Part shown: positions 1 to 11,803 of the stretch, piece by piece
Position numbering within the stretch: the stretch's first letter is position 1
Layout: each line of letters starts with the position of its first letter
NCBI RefSeq assembly: GCF_006345805.1
Contig: NC_042999.1
Coordinates: 119,412,001-119,476,000 of the forward strand
Length of the DNA stretch: 64,000 nucleotides
DNA from: Octopus sinensis
Lineage: Eukaryota
Direction: 5' to 3'
Translations under genes and position numbers: made by a program
Notes under the pieces: generated by a model
The model's database searches: none
What the model was told of the DNA's origin: nothing
The model's input: the letters and a program-made list of their open reading frames with translations, nothing else

Positions 1-329
1 CATAGGATTATGTGTCTGTCACAGAAAGCTTCTCTATCAGTTTGGTTAGCAGACCACATAATAATCCAACACAGAGGAATATAATGCAAAGTTCTTTGCA
101 GTTGAAATCTAAGCAATCCAATTGATGAGATTATTTCCTGAGAAGTACAGGGAGCATAAAAAAGTCAGGTGGTATAAGGAGTGAATATATTTATTTAACC
201 ATTTGACATCCTTAGGGTTACAGTCGTTTCACAGCTTTCATCATGCTATGCATTATACAATACAATTGAAAATTTACAAACCAATGTAGATGAAGAAGGC
301 TAGCTCTTCAGATCACCAGAACATCAGGG

Positions 330-1630
330 TTACAGCAATGTATCAACTAAAGTGTTTCCCCAAACTTTTTATCAATGGTTTTTCTGTATCCCTTGTTCTA
401 CAAAACAAGTTCTAGAAATACCTAAGTATTGATGAAAATATATCATACAAAGGTACCTTGAACAAGGAGTAACTAAAGAACATTACACCATTCAATAAGA
501 GTTTTCCTTTTTATAGACAATATATATCATGACGCAATTCAGGAGCAAAAGATAGTTATGATATATTTCAAACAGAACAGCAAAGCTCTTAAAATCCCAA
601 GATGCAGCCACAAGTGTTGACTATATCATCCTTCTGTGGAGCAGATGACATATAATCAGCAGGTATCCAAAAATTTCATTGTGGAACTACCTTATATGGC
701 AATATGATGTTGTTGCTAAAACAAGTATATGACACTGATCTCAAGATGCTGAATTTTACAGAAGAGATAACAAAGGACTGAGATGATTGACAATTTGCTG
801 TGCTTGAGTAGCCCCATCGATCACAGTAGAAATGGTAGCCTACTGACATTTAAGATATTTGACATTCTATGGAAGAAATCCTGATACTAGCTGTGAATTT
901 CCACAGAAGCATTGATTTTGATGAAAAGTGGGAGCAAAAGGCTTATGATCAGTACAGATAGACTTTGAGTGCTGTATGATAGCAGCAAAAATAAATACAT
1001 CAACGAAGTGTCCCATGACAAAGTGAATAATATCCTGTTGTGAACTCCTTAAGAAATACTCACTTTCTAATGATCTCCCATATAGACACCAAAAAGTGCA
1101 AAATTTGCATGTCTCTGTAAAAACCTGGAAAAGACAAGGACATTCCTGAGGATACTTCCTTCGAAGATTTTCTGCTAAAGGCTGATGTCAACCCACAGGA
1201 ATACCAGGGTGTGGTGAAACTAGTGAAATTGGGGAAACAGGTGGTATTGAAGTGTCAACCTTCAGAAAGGTGGGTCTATCAGTATAATCCGAAGATCCTC
1301 AAAACCTGGCATGCCGACATGGACCTGCAGTTCATCATGGACCCATACTTGTGCATCATGTACATCACCAGTTACATGATGAAAAGTGAGAGGGCTATGA
1401 GTGAACTGCTGAAAAAAGTAGCTGAAGAAAGTAGAGGTGAAGACTTGAAATCAAAACTGAGAATAGTAGGATCAGGTTTTCTGAACAACAGGGAAGTTAG
1501 TACTCAGGAGGCTGCCTACAGGATCCTTTCCCTGCCACTGAAGAGGGCCAGTTGAAAAATGCTGTTTATCAACACTGCACCAAAAGACAAATGTGTATCC
1601 ATGCTTAAGCCGCAGAAGATCCTCCAGAAA
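330..1630 (+). mobile_element. Decayed Helitron/Helentron-type Rep(-Hel) coding relic
   Basis: The stop-free frame 1121-1555 reads ...VVLKCQPSERWVYQYNPKILKTWHADMDLQFIMDPYLCIMYITSYMMKSERAMSELL...FLNNREVSTQEAAYRILSLPLKRAS*KMLFINT. This matches the Helentron YNP..L..W.ANMDIQ..DPY...Y..K.E / REVS.QEA.YR.L.LPL...FINT block. Upstream there are only frameshifted remnants (VFPQTF ~351, GTPYWQYD-like ~683), so the left boundary is soft. No helicase domain follows. Confidence 0.75.
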
Positions 1631-2090
1631 TATTTTTAAGTGAATGTGATTTCAAAAATGTAAATTGTTTGTACAATAAATATTTATATTTTAGCTTTCT
1701 TTAAGCAGACAATATTTTAATGTTTTTTAAAATTATTTTCAAGTGAATACCATTACAAAAATCTTTGTTGGCATAAATATTTCATAAAAGACCCATTCGT
1801 AACCTCAGTGTGAAATAATTTTTTTCCATGGGATTTTTCAAGTGCATTCAATGTATCTCATGCTATTTCTAGCATGCCCTAACTATCACACAACTACTGG
1901 GCATGCAAGATATAGCAGCCAAACTTTTCTTTTTCTGGAGAAAGGAGCTGCTTACGCATGGTTTTGATGCTACATTTGTTGAAAGCATGCAAAATAACCG
2001 GGAAAAGAAAAAAAAGACCCACAAAACAAAATTCCATTGCTGGGAAACTCCGACTTTCTCATTGACCCAACATGTTATGGGTAGTCTAGT

Positions 2091-2305
2091 ATATATCAAA
2101 ACTGGGGGAAGGCTGGTTTATAGGATTACCCTAGGTTTCCTGTCCATAAATGGTTTAACTTCCCAAAAGCTTGTTGGCCCATGACCTCTTAAAAATATGG
2201 GCCAGCAGGATTTTGGGATCTGACAATACACCATAAAGCTAAACCCTCTATGAACAGGAAACCTAAGGTAATCCCTTAAATCAGCCTTCCCCATTTTTAA
2301 TATAT
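2091..2305. mobile_element. MITE-like foldback element (~70-bp imperfect terminal inverted repeats)
   Basis: 2091-2160 is an imperfect reverse complement of 2237-2305. An internal secondary hairpin (tcccaaaa/ttttggga, tggcccat/atgggcca) is present. Both ends sit in ATATAT context. Confidence 0.6.
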
Positions 2306-3266
2306 GCTGCTCTACATCATATAGTGTGCTTCTTCTTTGAGATGTTTGTTTTTTACAAACGATATATATATGTATGTATGTGTATATGTGTGTGTGTGTG
2401 CTTGTGTATGTGTGTGTATATTTATACATACACGACGACAACACCGACACATGTAGACAGCCAAAGAAGGTGAGAAGAACTCAACGATAAGGACTGTTTC
2501 CTACCAACAAACAACATGGTTTTATGTAGCACATCCATTCTCAATAGGAAAATGTCTCGTTCTGACATTTGCGTCAGTTTTTAAAAGTAAGTACAACGTA
2601 GGAACCCAATTCTGCCGATCGCCTTCATCTCTTGTCTTCTTACTTGCTCTTCTCTTCATGTTTTGTTGTGGAATGGCAAAAACAAAAATATGGAAACAGG
2701 AAAAAGTACCTTGTTAACAAATGATAACGAAGAAGAAAAAGAAAAAGAGAAAGAAAAAAGAAAAACTTAAGAAAACGTGGAGGTGTTGTTAGTAACAAGA
2801 AATAGCGGGAAGAAAGCAACTAAAAAAGACACTCAAGTCACAAACGCACAGAAAATTAACACAACACGTTATTAACACCAACAGCAGTGAATATCTTCTT
2901 TTGTAATAGGAAATTTTAAAACAGTAGCAATAGTAATGACAATAGCTTCTTCTAATGTGGTTTACAAGGACAAAACATCAGATTTATAAGAGGAAACAAG
3001 GAAATGATGTGTGTCTGACGTTCAAAATATCTGAAGAAAATGTGAATGAAAGAACATTGAACAGATTCAGCGAATGAATGAATGAAAGAACACTGAACGA
3101 AGTTAATTAAAGAACGCTGAACGAACTAAATGAATGAATGAACACCGAGCGAACTTAATATGAGGAAAGGAATATGAAACTAAAATAACTTAGAAAAATA
3201 AATACGGAAAGGAAACAGATGAACGGGGAAATACCCAAGAATCAAAACAAAAGAGAAGCGTTAGAT

Positions 3267-3318
<52 letters not shown>

Positions 3319-3479
3319 TGATATGTTGAAACCAAAAGCAAAATAAAAAGAGAAAGAAAATAAAAAAAAAAAACAGCATTTTGTTATCGAGGAGACCAAA
3401 CACATTTGAAAATGGAAAAACTAAGGATAAAAAATTAGGATATAATCTAGTTGGAAAAATGATGGACTTGATTAATAAA

Positions 3480-3845
3480 ATGATGTGACTCTATCTTACC
3501 CTTACACTCAATTACTATGGCTCTTTATACAGTGCCATATTGTAACTTATTTGGAATTATAGCAGACTCTCTGTTACTGGATTTAATTTACGGTCCTAAC
3601 ATTACTTGGTCATCCTAAGATTGGAAGTCCACCTGAAGATTGTCGATCAAGACAAGAAACAATTGTAGTGGCGGTTTTTTTGACTATTTATTAAAATTTT
3701 ATGTATTGATTAAGTCTTTCCTTGTTTGTTTTGCAAAATAGTGGTTTTGTCTCTAATAATATTTTATAATATTTTACTATAAAATTGGATTTAATCCTAA
3801 ATCTGATTTTTTCCCTGTAAATTTGGATTTATTCCCTAATATTTA

Positions 3846-3850
<5 letters not shown>
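3480..3850 (+). mobile_element. Penelope-like element 3' terminal fragment
   Basis: Contains the HHR at 3629-3671. Its tail (3737-3850) is homologous to 8686-8800, and it ends at a (TA)n tract. The left boundary is approximate. Confidence 0.6.
3629..3671 (+). ncRNA. Minimal type I hammerhead ribozyme motif
   Basis: ccac-CTGAAGA-ttgtc(gatcaa)gacaa-GAAAC-aatt-GTA-gtgg: 4-bp stem I, 5-bp stem II, palindromic loop III, GUA cleavage triplet. Confidence 0.85.
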
Positions 3851-3898
<48 letters not shown>

Positions 3899-3960
3899 CA
3901 TATATATATACATCTATATACACACATATATATACACATATATATGTATATACATGTATG

Positions 3961-4004
<44 letters not shown>

Positions 4005-4105
4005 GTATGTATACATGTATGTATCTATATATGTATATATATATGTATATATATCTATGTATATATATATGTATATATATCTATGTATATATGTATATAT
4101 ATATA
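3851..4105. repeat. Compound (TA)n/(CA)n/(TATG)n microsatellite
   Basis: Direct inspection; it explains the YI-rich pseudo-ORFs. Confidence 0.95.
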
Positions 4106-6171
4106 AAACTTCACTATATGTAAAGTTGCAAGCAATGAAAAGTTTAATCAAAAGGGATGGTGGGACTTATTTGAAGAATCAGATGATGAATCAGATCTTG
4201 ATAGTCTTTAAGCGATAAACTCATTTATGGATGATGACCTTTTTTTAACCTGTGCTACAGCTTTCATTCAATAGCTTTTAAGCAAAAGTTACTGAGCAAA
4301 CAAATCCAGGAACCATGCCAGATATAGTGTTTGTGTTTAGTTTTTTTTGTTTTTTGTTTTTAGCTTCAATGTTTTATGTGTGTTAAATTTTACAGCAATA
4401 TTCCATTGGTTTCTTTAATAAAATTATAAATAACTATGGCTGTACTTGGAGGTCACATTATATAACATGATAAAATATATTACTAACTTTTAGTAGCAAA
4501 AATTGAGGGATAGGATGCATTATATTTAAGATCACATTTTACTTGATAAATGTGGCTATTTTCCTTTTAATAATTCAAGTGCTATTGAAGATGAAGATAA
4601 TGGAAATAATTGTTCCTAACATTGGAATGCAAATTTTAAAAGAGAGGTTTAATTCATAGGAATGATTTCAGTTTGACTAATTCAACCTTAAGGATGTATG
4701 ATATAATATAGATATAATACCAATTTTCTGGCAATTGATTTCATTTTCACATCCAAAATGACAAGCACACATAATTATACCTCATGATGAAACATCACAA
4801 TGGTTAAAAAAAATAACACCCAGTCAAAACCTACAACTAAAAGTACAAGACGAATTAACATTTAGTGAGAATTTAATTGAAGAAAATGTCCTTAATACTC
4901 AAATAAATAATCTGAAACACAGCAAGCATAACATGAACAGTAGCAATTATTACACTCCAAACTCTATGGACCATTCATTTTGTAGTTTTCTAAAGACAAA
5001 CCTTTCTTTAAAGCAAAATGAACAAACAAAAAGTAGACTGGAGAATTTTATAAAATCCAACAACATTTCTTTGTCATCGAAGATAACCCAGGAGAATGTG
5101 AAGAGAAAAGTTATATAACTCTGACTATGTAAAGATGGAAGTGACCTAAATTTCACCTCACATTCAGTAATGCAACAAGCTTCTCCAGAATATATCATGA
5201 ATATTTATCGCACATGGAAAAAGGGAAGAAAAATCATAGCTGTATATAATGAACTTTTTCAATCAAAAAACACAGGCTGAAATTATCATGGGCCAATGAA
5301 AGACACTGGATATGTCGTAGATCTCTGGCATAATTACCTCTGTCTCAGTACTATAAAGAGGTCAAAGCAGGCATAAGGAATGTGATCTGTCAAAATAGGA
5401 TGTCAAAATGGACTTGCAAGTCCTAATGAACTCCAAAGGCCACAGAGCAGTACCAGAACTATACCTAATAGAAGATGTTGAAACAAAAGCATAAGATTGA
5501 AGAGACTGAGTAGAAAGCCTTCTTGTATTATTAGAGCAAAACACACCTTAGAAGTCGGAAAACTAAGTAAAAATAAGAGTAACAAAAATTATGAAGAGCA
5601 ACAGCAACAACATAACAATCCTTGGGAATTACAAAAAAATATCTTTAGGTCAAATATTACAGATAGATGAACAGACACCTCTTCTCCTAACCTGTAGTGA
5701 CACAATTTTATCGTGCAATGAGAAAGAAATAATTAGAGATGAAAACACAAATGGAAAAAGAGAAAGACAGAAATCTCCACTATACCCCACCACCACCACC
5801 ACCACCACCACCAAAAATAGATAAAAAGACTCAGTACAAAACAACCAAAACTCTTGAGGAGAAACAATTTCTTCTAAACGACACCAAAATACCTCCTCAG
5901 GAAAATAACGAAGGAAGTGCAGAGAACAAAGCTGAACTAAGATTTACTGTCCTCTGAAAATCAAATTAACAGATAATAGACAAAATCACGTATCTCTGAT
6001 GCCACAGACTTACGGAAGACGATATAATGACACCTAAGCAATTAGTTTTGGAATATAAACCACGTGCATATAATTAAAATTAACACATTAAATAAGAAAA
6101 AAAATTTTTTTTTTCCAGATATCGGTGTATTTCAACATCAAATAACCTGCCACCAAAAAGAAAACAAAGAG

Positions 6172-6236
<65 letters not shown>

Positions 6237-6537
6237 AACATGAAAAGAAAGTAAATGTATTTGGTTGTTCTCTAACACAATTTAAGAAATGCTTAAATGC
6301 ACATGATTGTGGAATCCCAAACTCAACCTAATTAGTAATCTTTCATGTTATATATTCTTTGAATTATCTTGTGTTAATTGTTATGTGTTTTATCATATTT
6401 TTAAAAAATAAATTTATAGTTCATCCACCACTGTCCGTGAAACCACAGTTTACAACCAGGAAACACTATGTGAAGACAAGAGGAAATGCGAACTCACACA
6501 AACACACAAATGCACAGACAAACATATATGCATATAT

Positions 6538-7188
6538 CATCATCATCATCATCATCGTTTAACGTCTGCTTTCCATGCTAGCATGGGTTGGACGATTTGA
6601 CTGAGGACTGGCGAGCTAGATGGCTACCCCAGGCTCCAATCTTGATCTGGCAAAGTTTCTACTGCTGGATGCCCTTCCTAACACCAACCACTCCGAGAGT
6701 GTAGTGGGTGCTTTTATGTGCCACTGGCATGGGGGCCAGTCAGGCAGTACTGGCAATGACCTCGCTCAAATCTTTTTACACATGCCACCGGCACAGGTGC
6801 TAGTAAGGCGATGCTGGAAACAATCACACTTGAATGGTGCCTTTTACATGCCACCAGCATGGAAGCCAGTTAGCTGCTCTGACAATGATCATGCTCGGAT
6901 GGTGCTCTTAGCACCCTACTAGCATGGGGCACAAGTACCAGTAAGGCGACGTTGGTAATGATCACACTCGAATGGTGCCTTTTATGTGCCACTGGCACGG
7001 AAGCTGGTTAGCCGCTCTGTCAACGATCACACTCGTATGGTGCTCTTTGCACCCTGCTAGCACGGATGCCAGTCATCGAATTTGATTTCGATTTCACTTG
7101 CCTCAACAGGTCTTCCCAAGCAGAGTTTAGTGTCCAAAGAAGGAAAAGGTATGCATAAGTGGGCTGGTTACGCCTCTGGCATAGGCCA
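6538..7188 (-). mobile_element. RTE-associated 3'-tail/SINE-like repeat with internal ~60-bp subrepeats and (GAT)n tail
   Basis: Reverse complement of the family terminus ...gagtggttggcgttaggaagggcatccagc...ggacgttaaa(cgat/tga)n, also seen at 28240 and 56160. Confidence 0.75.
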
Positions 7189-8238
7189 CATACACACATA
7201 CATATATTTGTGTGTGTGTGTGTATGTATACATGCACACACACACACACACACACATATATGGAGAGAGAATGTAGAGAAAAGTCAGGAGAAATGAGATG
7301 ACTATATTTATCTCAAACTGCCCGACTTTCCTTTTATTCTATGTGTACTTCTCATAATATAATCTTTACTGATTGGATTTACTGGATTTCAACTGCATAG
7401 GAATCTACATTTCACTCCTAGTTATTGGTTTACTAGGGAGTTTGTAGCCATGGCCACTGAAGGAGCTTTTTGTCATTGCCATTGTATTATATAGATCCAT
7501 ATATTGTACATAAATCTTTTTATAGATGTATATTCAGACACATGCATTGTTCAATAAGCTATTTAGCTTCTAAATCAGTGGATGAATTTATCAGTGGGCA
7601 GTTTAGCTTAATGATAAAGCACTCAGCCAGACCTTTGGGGGATGTGTGTTCGAGTCTCATGGCTGTTTATTGACAAATTTTTCTGCCTTGTAAGGGTAAT
7701 TTACCTTGTATTTTTGTTGTTCTAATGGCAAACCTGCTTTCGAAAAAGTATCTTCTTGTTTGTATCATACAATACACATTTCAATGCTTCTAATAAAAAC
7801 AAAAGTTAGTTTAATTATATACACACACACACACACACATACACACATATGTACTTTTTTATGTATGTATGTACATATGTATGTATAAACATATTAGCCA
7901 AAGTTTACAGTATTGTTGATCAGTTTCAGCTTATTTTACCAATCACTTTTACACTGGGTTTCAGTTATCTAGATATTAGACAACTGCACAGTTAAGAAAC
8001 ACCATTTACTGTTATCTAATAACAGTGCAAAAATTATTGGTAAGATTGACTGGAAAGGTAGTAAGTTGGCAGAAACGTTAGCACACCTGGCAAAATGCTT
8101 AGTGGTATTTCGTCTGCTGTTACATTTTGAAAACTCTTGCCTAAGGTGTTATGCAGCGGGGCTCAACCCGGAACCATATGGTTGGGAAGCAAGCTTCTTA
8201 CACAGGCACTCGTATACTTGTATACATATGTATGTATG

Positions 8239-8276
<38 letters not shown>

Positions 8277-8401
8277 TAAATTAGTGATAAAACCACTATT
8301 AGGCAAATCATACAATGAAAAACTTAAGCCAATACATAAGATTAATTAATTTATATTATTTAAATATATATCAAAATTATTAAAAAAGATAATTAGTATA
8401 A

Positions 8402-8465
8402 CACTACGATCGTTTCATGGCTGTCCAATTCTTAAAAATTTCGAGTTACAGTCATTCTTCAGGTG
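8402..8465 (-). ncRNA. Type I hammerhead ribozyme motif (intact core)
   Basis: Minus strand: cac-CTGAAGA-atg(a)ctgt...acag(c)cat-GAAAC-gatc-GTA-gtg. Confidence 0.75.
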
Positions 8466-8520
8466 GTTTAAATATTTAACTTAGCGAGGTTTAGTCAATC
8501 GCTAAGTTAAATATTTAAAC

Positions 8521-8584
8521 CACCTGAAGAATGACTGTAACTCGAAATTTTTAAGAATTGGACAGCCATGAAATGATCGTAGTG
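8521..8584 (+). ncRNA. Type I hammerhead ribozyme motif (GAAAT variant)
   Basis: cac-CTGAAGA-atgactgt...acagccat-GAAAT-gatc-GTA-gtg. A CpG transition converts the stem III C-G pair to a U-G wobble. Confidence 0.7.
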
Positions 8585-8794
8585 TTATACTAATTATCTT
8601 TTTTAATAATTTTGATATATATTTAAATAATATAAATTAATTAATCTTATGTATTGGCTTAAGTTTTTCATTGTATGATTTGCCTAATAGTGGTTTTATC
8701 TCTAATTTAATATAATATAATATTTTACTATAAAATTGGATTCAATCCTAAATCTGATTTTTCCCTGTAAGTTTGGATTTATTCCCTAATATTT

Positions 8795-8808
8795 TATTAT
8801 ATATATAT

Positions 8809-8851
<43 letters not shown>

Positions 8852-8894
8852 ATATATATCTATATCTATCTATCTATATATATATATATAATAT

Positions 8895-8941
<47 letters not shown>

Positions 8942-8982
8942 GTATTATATATATATATGTATTATATATATATATGTATATA

Positions 8983-9041
<59 letters not shown>
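8795..9041. repeat. Compound (TA)n microsatellite
   Basis: Direct inspection. Confidence 0.95.
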
Positions 9042-9202
9042 CTGTAAATGTAATATGTAACAATTATTCGGTAGCCTAGATAAAACTCCGAGTTTCAGAT
9101 GCAGGATAACTGAAGAGATGGTGGCGTGGATTTCCACCTCGGCATCCAAAACTCGGAGTTTTATCTTGGCTACTGAATAATTGTCACATATTACATTTAC
9201 AG
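9042..9202. repeat. Inverted repeat, 61-bp imperfect arms, overlapping a decayed hammerhead motif (9105-9165, +)
   Basis: 9042-9102 versus 9142-9202. The motif reads gataa-CTGAAGA-gatg...catc-c-AAAAC-tcgga-GTT-ttatc; the other arm reads catctGAAAC, so the ancestral form was probably catcCGAAAC. Confidence 0.75.
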
Positions 9203-9334
9203 ATAAATTTCTCTTTTTACATAATATTGAGGTCTCTTTCTTTGTTTTGTTATCTTCTGTTTTTATCATAGAATATGAATAGCCTGGGCAAAGTTTAGAC
9301 AGCTCCTACCCCTACTGGCGACAAAAGGTCTCTC

Positions 9335-10289
9335 ACTCAGAGTGAAAGGTAGATTGTATGATGCATGTGTGTGAACTGCCATGCTTCACGGTAGTGAAAC
9401 ATGAGCCATGACTGCAGAGGACATGCGTAGACTTGAAAGAAATGAAGCTAGCATGATCCGCTGGATATGTAATGTCAGTGTGCATGCACAACAGAGTGTA
9501 AGCACCCTGAGAGAAATGCTGGACGTAAGAAGCATCAGATGTGGTGTGCAAGAGCGATGCTTGCGATGGTATGGTCATGTACTGTGGATGGATGAGGAGA
9601 GATGTGTGAAGAAGTGCCGCTCCCAAACAGTTGAAGGAATCAGGTAGACCCAGGAAGACATGGGATGAGGTAGTCAAGCATGATCTCAGAGCATTGGGTC
9701 TCACTGAGGCAATGGCAAAGGACCAAGATCTCTGGAGATGTGCTGTGACTGCAAAGACCCGGGCTGCTTCCGGCACCAGTTCCGCATAGCCCCTGCTCAT
9801 TCAAAGTACCTTGGATCCCAGAACATTCACTGTGCCTGAGGAGACCTGTTGAGTCAAGTGCATGTACATGAACATCGAAACAAATATCAAGGAAATAGTA
9901 GTTGTGATACCTGTTCCGGTGGCACATAAAAAGCACCATCCGAACGTGGCCGTTGCCAGCGCCGCCTCGACTGGCTTCTGTGCCAGTGGCACATAAAAGG
10001 CACCATCTGAACGTGGCTGATGCCAGTGCCACCTTGGCTGGCTTCTGTGCCGGTGGCACGTTAAAAGCACCAACCGATCGTGGCCGATGCCAGACTCCCC
10101 TGGCACCTGTGCTGGTGGCACGTAAAAAGCACCCACTACACTCGTGGAGTGGTTGGTGTTAGGAAGGGCATCCAGCTGTAGAAACACTGCCAGATCAGAC
10201 TGGAGCCTGGTGCAGCCCCTGGCTTCCCAGACCCCAGTCGAACTGTCCAACCCGTGCTAGCGCGGAAAACGGACGTTAAACGATGATGA

Positions 10290-10293
<4 letters not shown>
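9335..10293 (+). mobile_element. RTE-clade LINE 3' fragment plus 3' tail
   Basis: Reads SLRVKGRLYDACV*TAMLHGSE..MTAEDMRRLERNEASMIRWICNV...RWYGHV...RPRKTWDEVVKHDL, followed by the 60-bp-subrepeat tail and (GAT)n. Confidence 0.85.
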
Positions 10294-10337
<44 letters not shown>

Positions 10338-10826
10338 TCATCATCATCGTTTAACGTCCGTTATATATATATTCATATATATATATATGTATATAATACA
10401 GCGAGAAATTCATTTTAGTACCACTAAGTTAAATTTCTCTCCCCTGTGGACTCGGAAATAACTTCCCTAAGATTAATAATTTTATGTGTGTGTATATATA
10501 TGTATATATATGCTCCCATCCAACCCATGGTAGCATGGAAAACGGACGTTAAACGATGATGATGATGATGATGTTGGACTCTCCTGTTGAAGCCGATGTA
10601 TGACCGTTCAACTTTAACCGAATGACCTGCACAAATGATTTGTTTATTCTGATCAAATGTTCATGCACTGTACATTATCTCACCCACTCCATCAAATCAA
10701 CAAGGTGCACTGTGTACCACATGTCAAGTGTCAAAGTGGTTGTAGAATCACTCTCTCTTCCCCTCCCTCTCTCTCTCTCTTCTCTGTCTATCTGTGTGTT
10801 TGTTTCTCGTTCCACCACTCTCTGTC

Positions 10827-10868
<42 letters not shown>

Positions 10869-10939
10869 TCCCTTTCTAACAGATGTATGGTCTTTGCCTT
10901 AGCTTCAAAACAATTTAAATAGGTTACCTGATACTGCAT

Positions 10940-10959
10940 GAAAATATACATATACAAAC

Positions 10960-11001
<42 letters not shown>

Positions 11002-11087
11002 TGCATATATATATGTATATGTATACATATGTATATGTATATGTATATATATATATAAATATATATATGTATATATATATATGTGTG

Positions 11088-11183
<96 letters not shown>

Positions 11184-11190
11184 TATATAC
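10940..11190. repeat. Compound (CA)n/(TA)n/(CTAT)n microsatellite
   Basis: Direct inspection. Confidence 0.95.
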
Positions 11191-11435
11191 ATTTCAAAAT
11201 GTAACCACAAGTGAATCATTGGCGATTTTTTTCCCTCTGTCTTCCTTTTCTCTTGGACTTTTTCTGTGTCCTGTTTCTGACAAAGAGCCTTGCTTGAAAC
11301 ATAAGACTACCTTTCTTTCCTTCCCCGGGCATTTGCTGATAATTTGCATGTACCACATACTTTCATTGTTGTTTTATCTTGTTGTGTTTGTTCTGTTTTC
11401 CGGGGGGGGGAGGGATTAACTATATATATATATAT

Positions 11436-11659
11436 ATAAAGCGATGGCTTGTTGCCAACATAATATGGCAGTCCCAGGAAAGGGAAGCATGCGACTGCTA
11501 TTTAGCTCCAATAAACACTGTTTCTAGAAAGCTAAATGACACAAGTGTTCCGTGTCCTTAAGTTTTCAAAGAAACAGTGTTTATTGGAGCTAAATAGCAG
11601 TCGCATGCTTCCCTTTCCTGGGACTGCCACATTATGTTGGCAACAAGCCATCGCTTTAT
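11436..11659. repeat. Inverted repeat, 90-bp arms, 44-nt spacer (origin unknown)
   Basis: 11436-11525 versus 11570-11659 with one substitution; (TA)n on the left flank. Confidence 0.9.
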
Positions 11660-11752
11660 CATGCTGTTACTGCACAACTCTGAGAGATTTAGAAATGCAA
11701 TATTTCTGTATATACATATATATATATATTTTTTTTTTTATTTTATAGAAGG

Positions 11753-11803
11753 AGCTTCTACAGGACTAGAACTGTTTCATTCAAAAGAAATCATCAGGAA
11801 GCT
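11753..11803 (-). ncRNA. Type I hammerhead ribozyme motif
   Basis: Minus strand: agcttc-CTGATGA-tttc(tttt)gaat-GAAACAG-ttctagtc-CTGTA-gaagct. Stem I is 6 bp, stem III is 4 bp, and stem II opens with a U.U mismatch. Confidence 0.75.

Larger units (their letters stand above)
8271..8715. repeat. Near-perfect inverted repeat: 217-bp arms, 11-nt spacer (PLE terminal foldback)
   Basis: 8271-8487 versus 8499-8715 shows two substitutions; the spacer is ggtttagtcaa. The right arm continues to ~8800. Both outer flanks are (TA)n. Confidence 0.95.

Noticed and set aside
7940-7995. Possible hammerhead relic on the minus strand (8-bp stem followed by GAAAC)
   Set aside because: The CTGANGA core reads ctgtgc and stems I and III do not form; too degraded to call.
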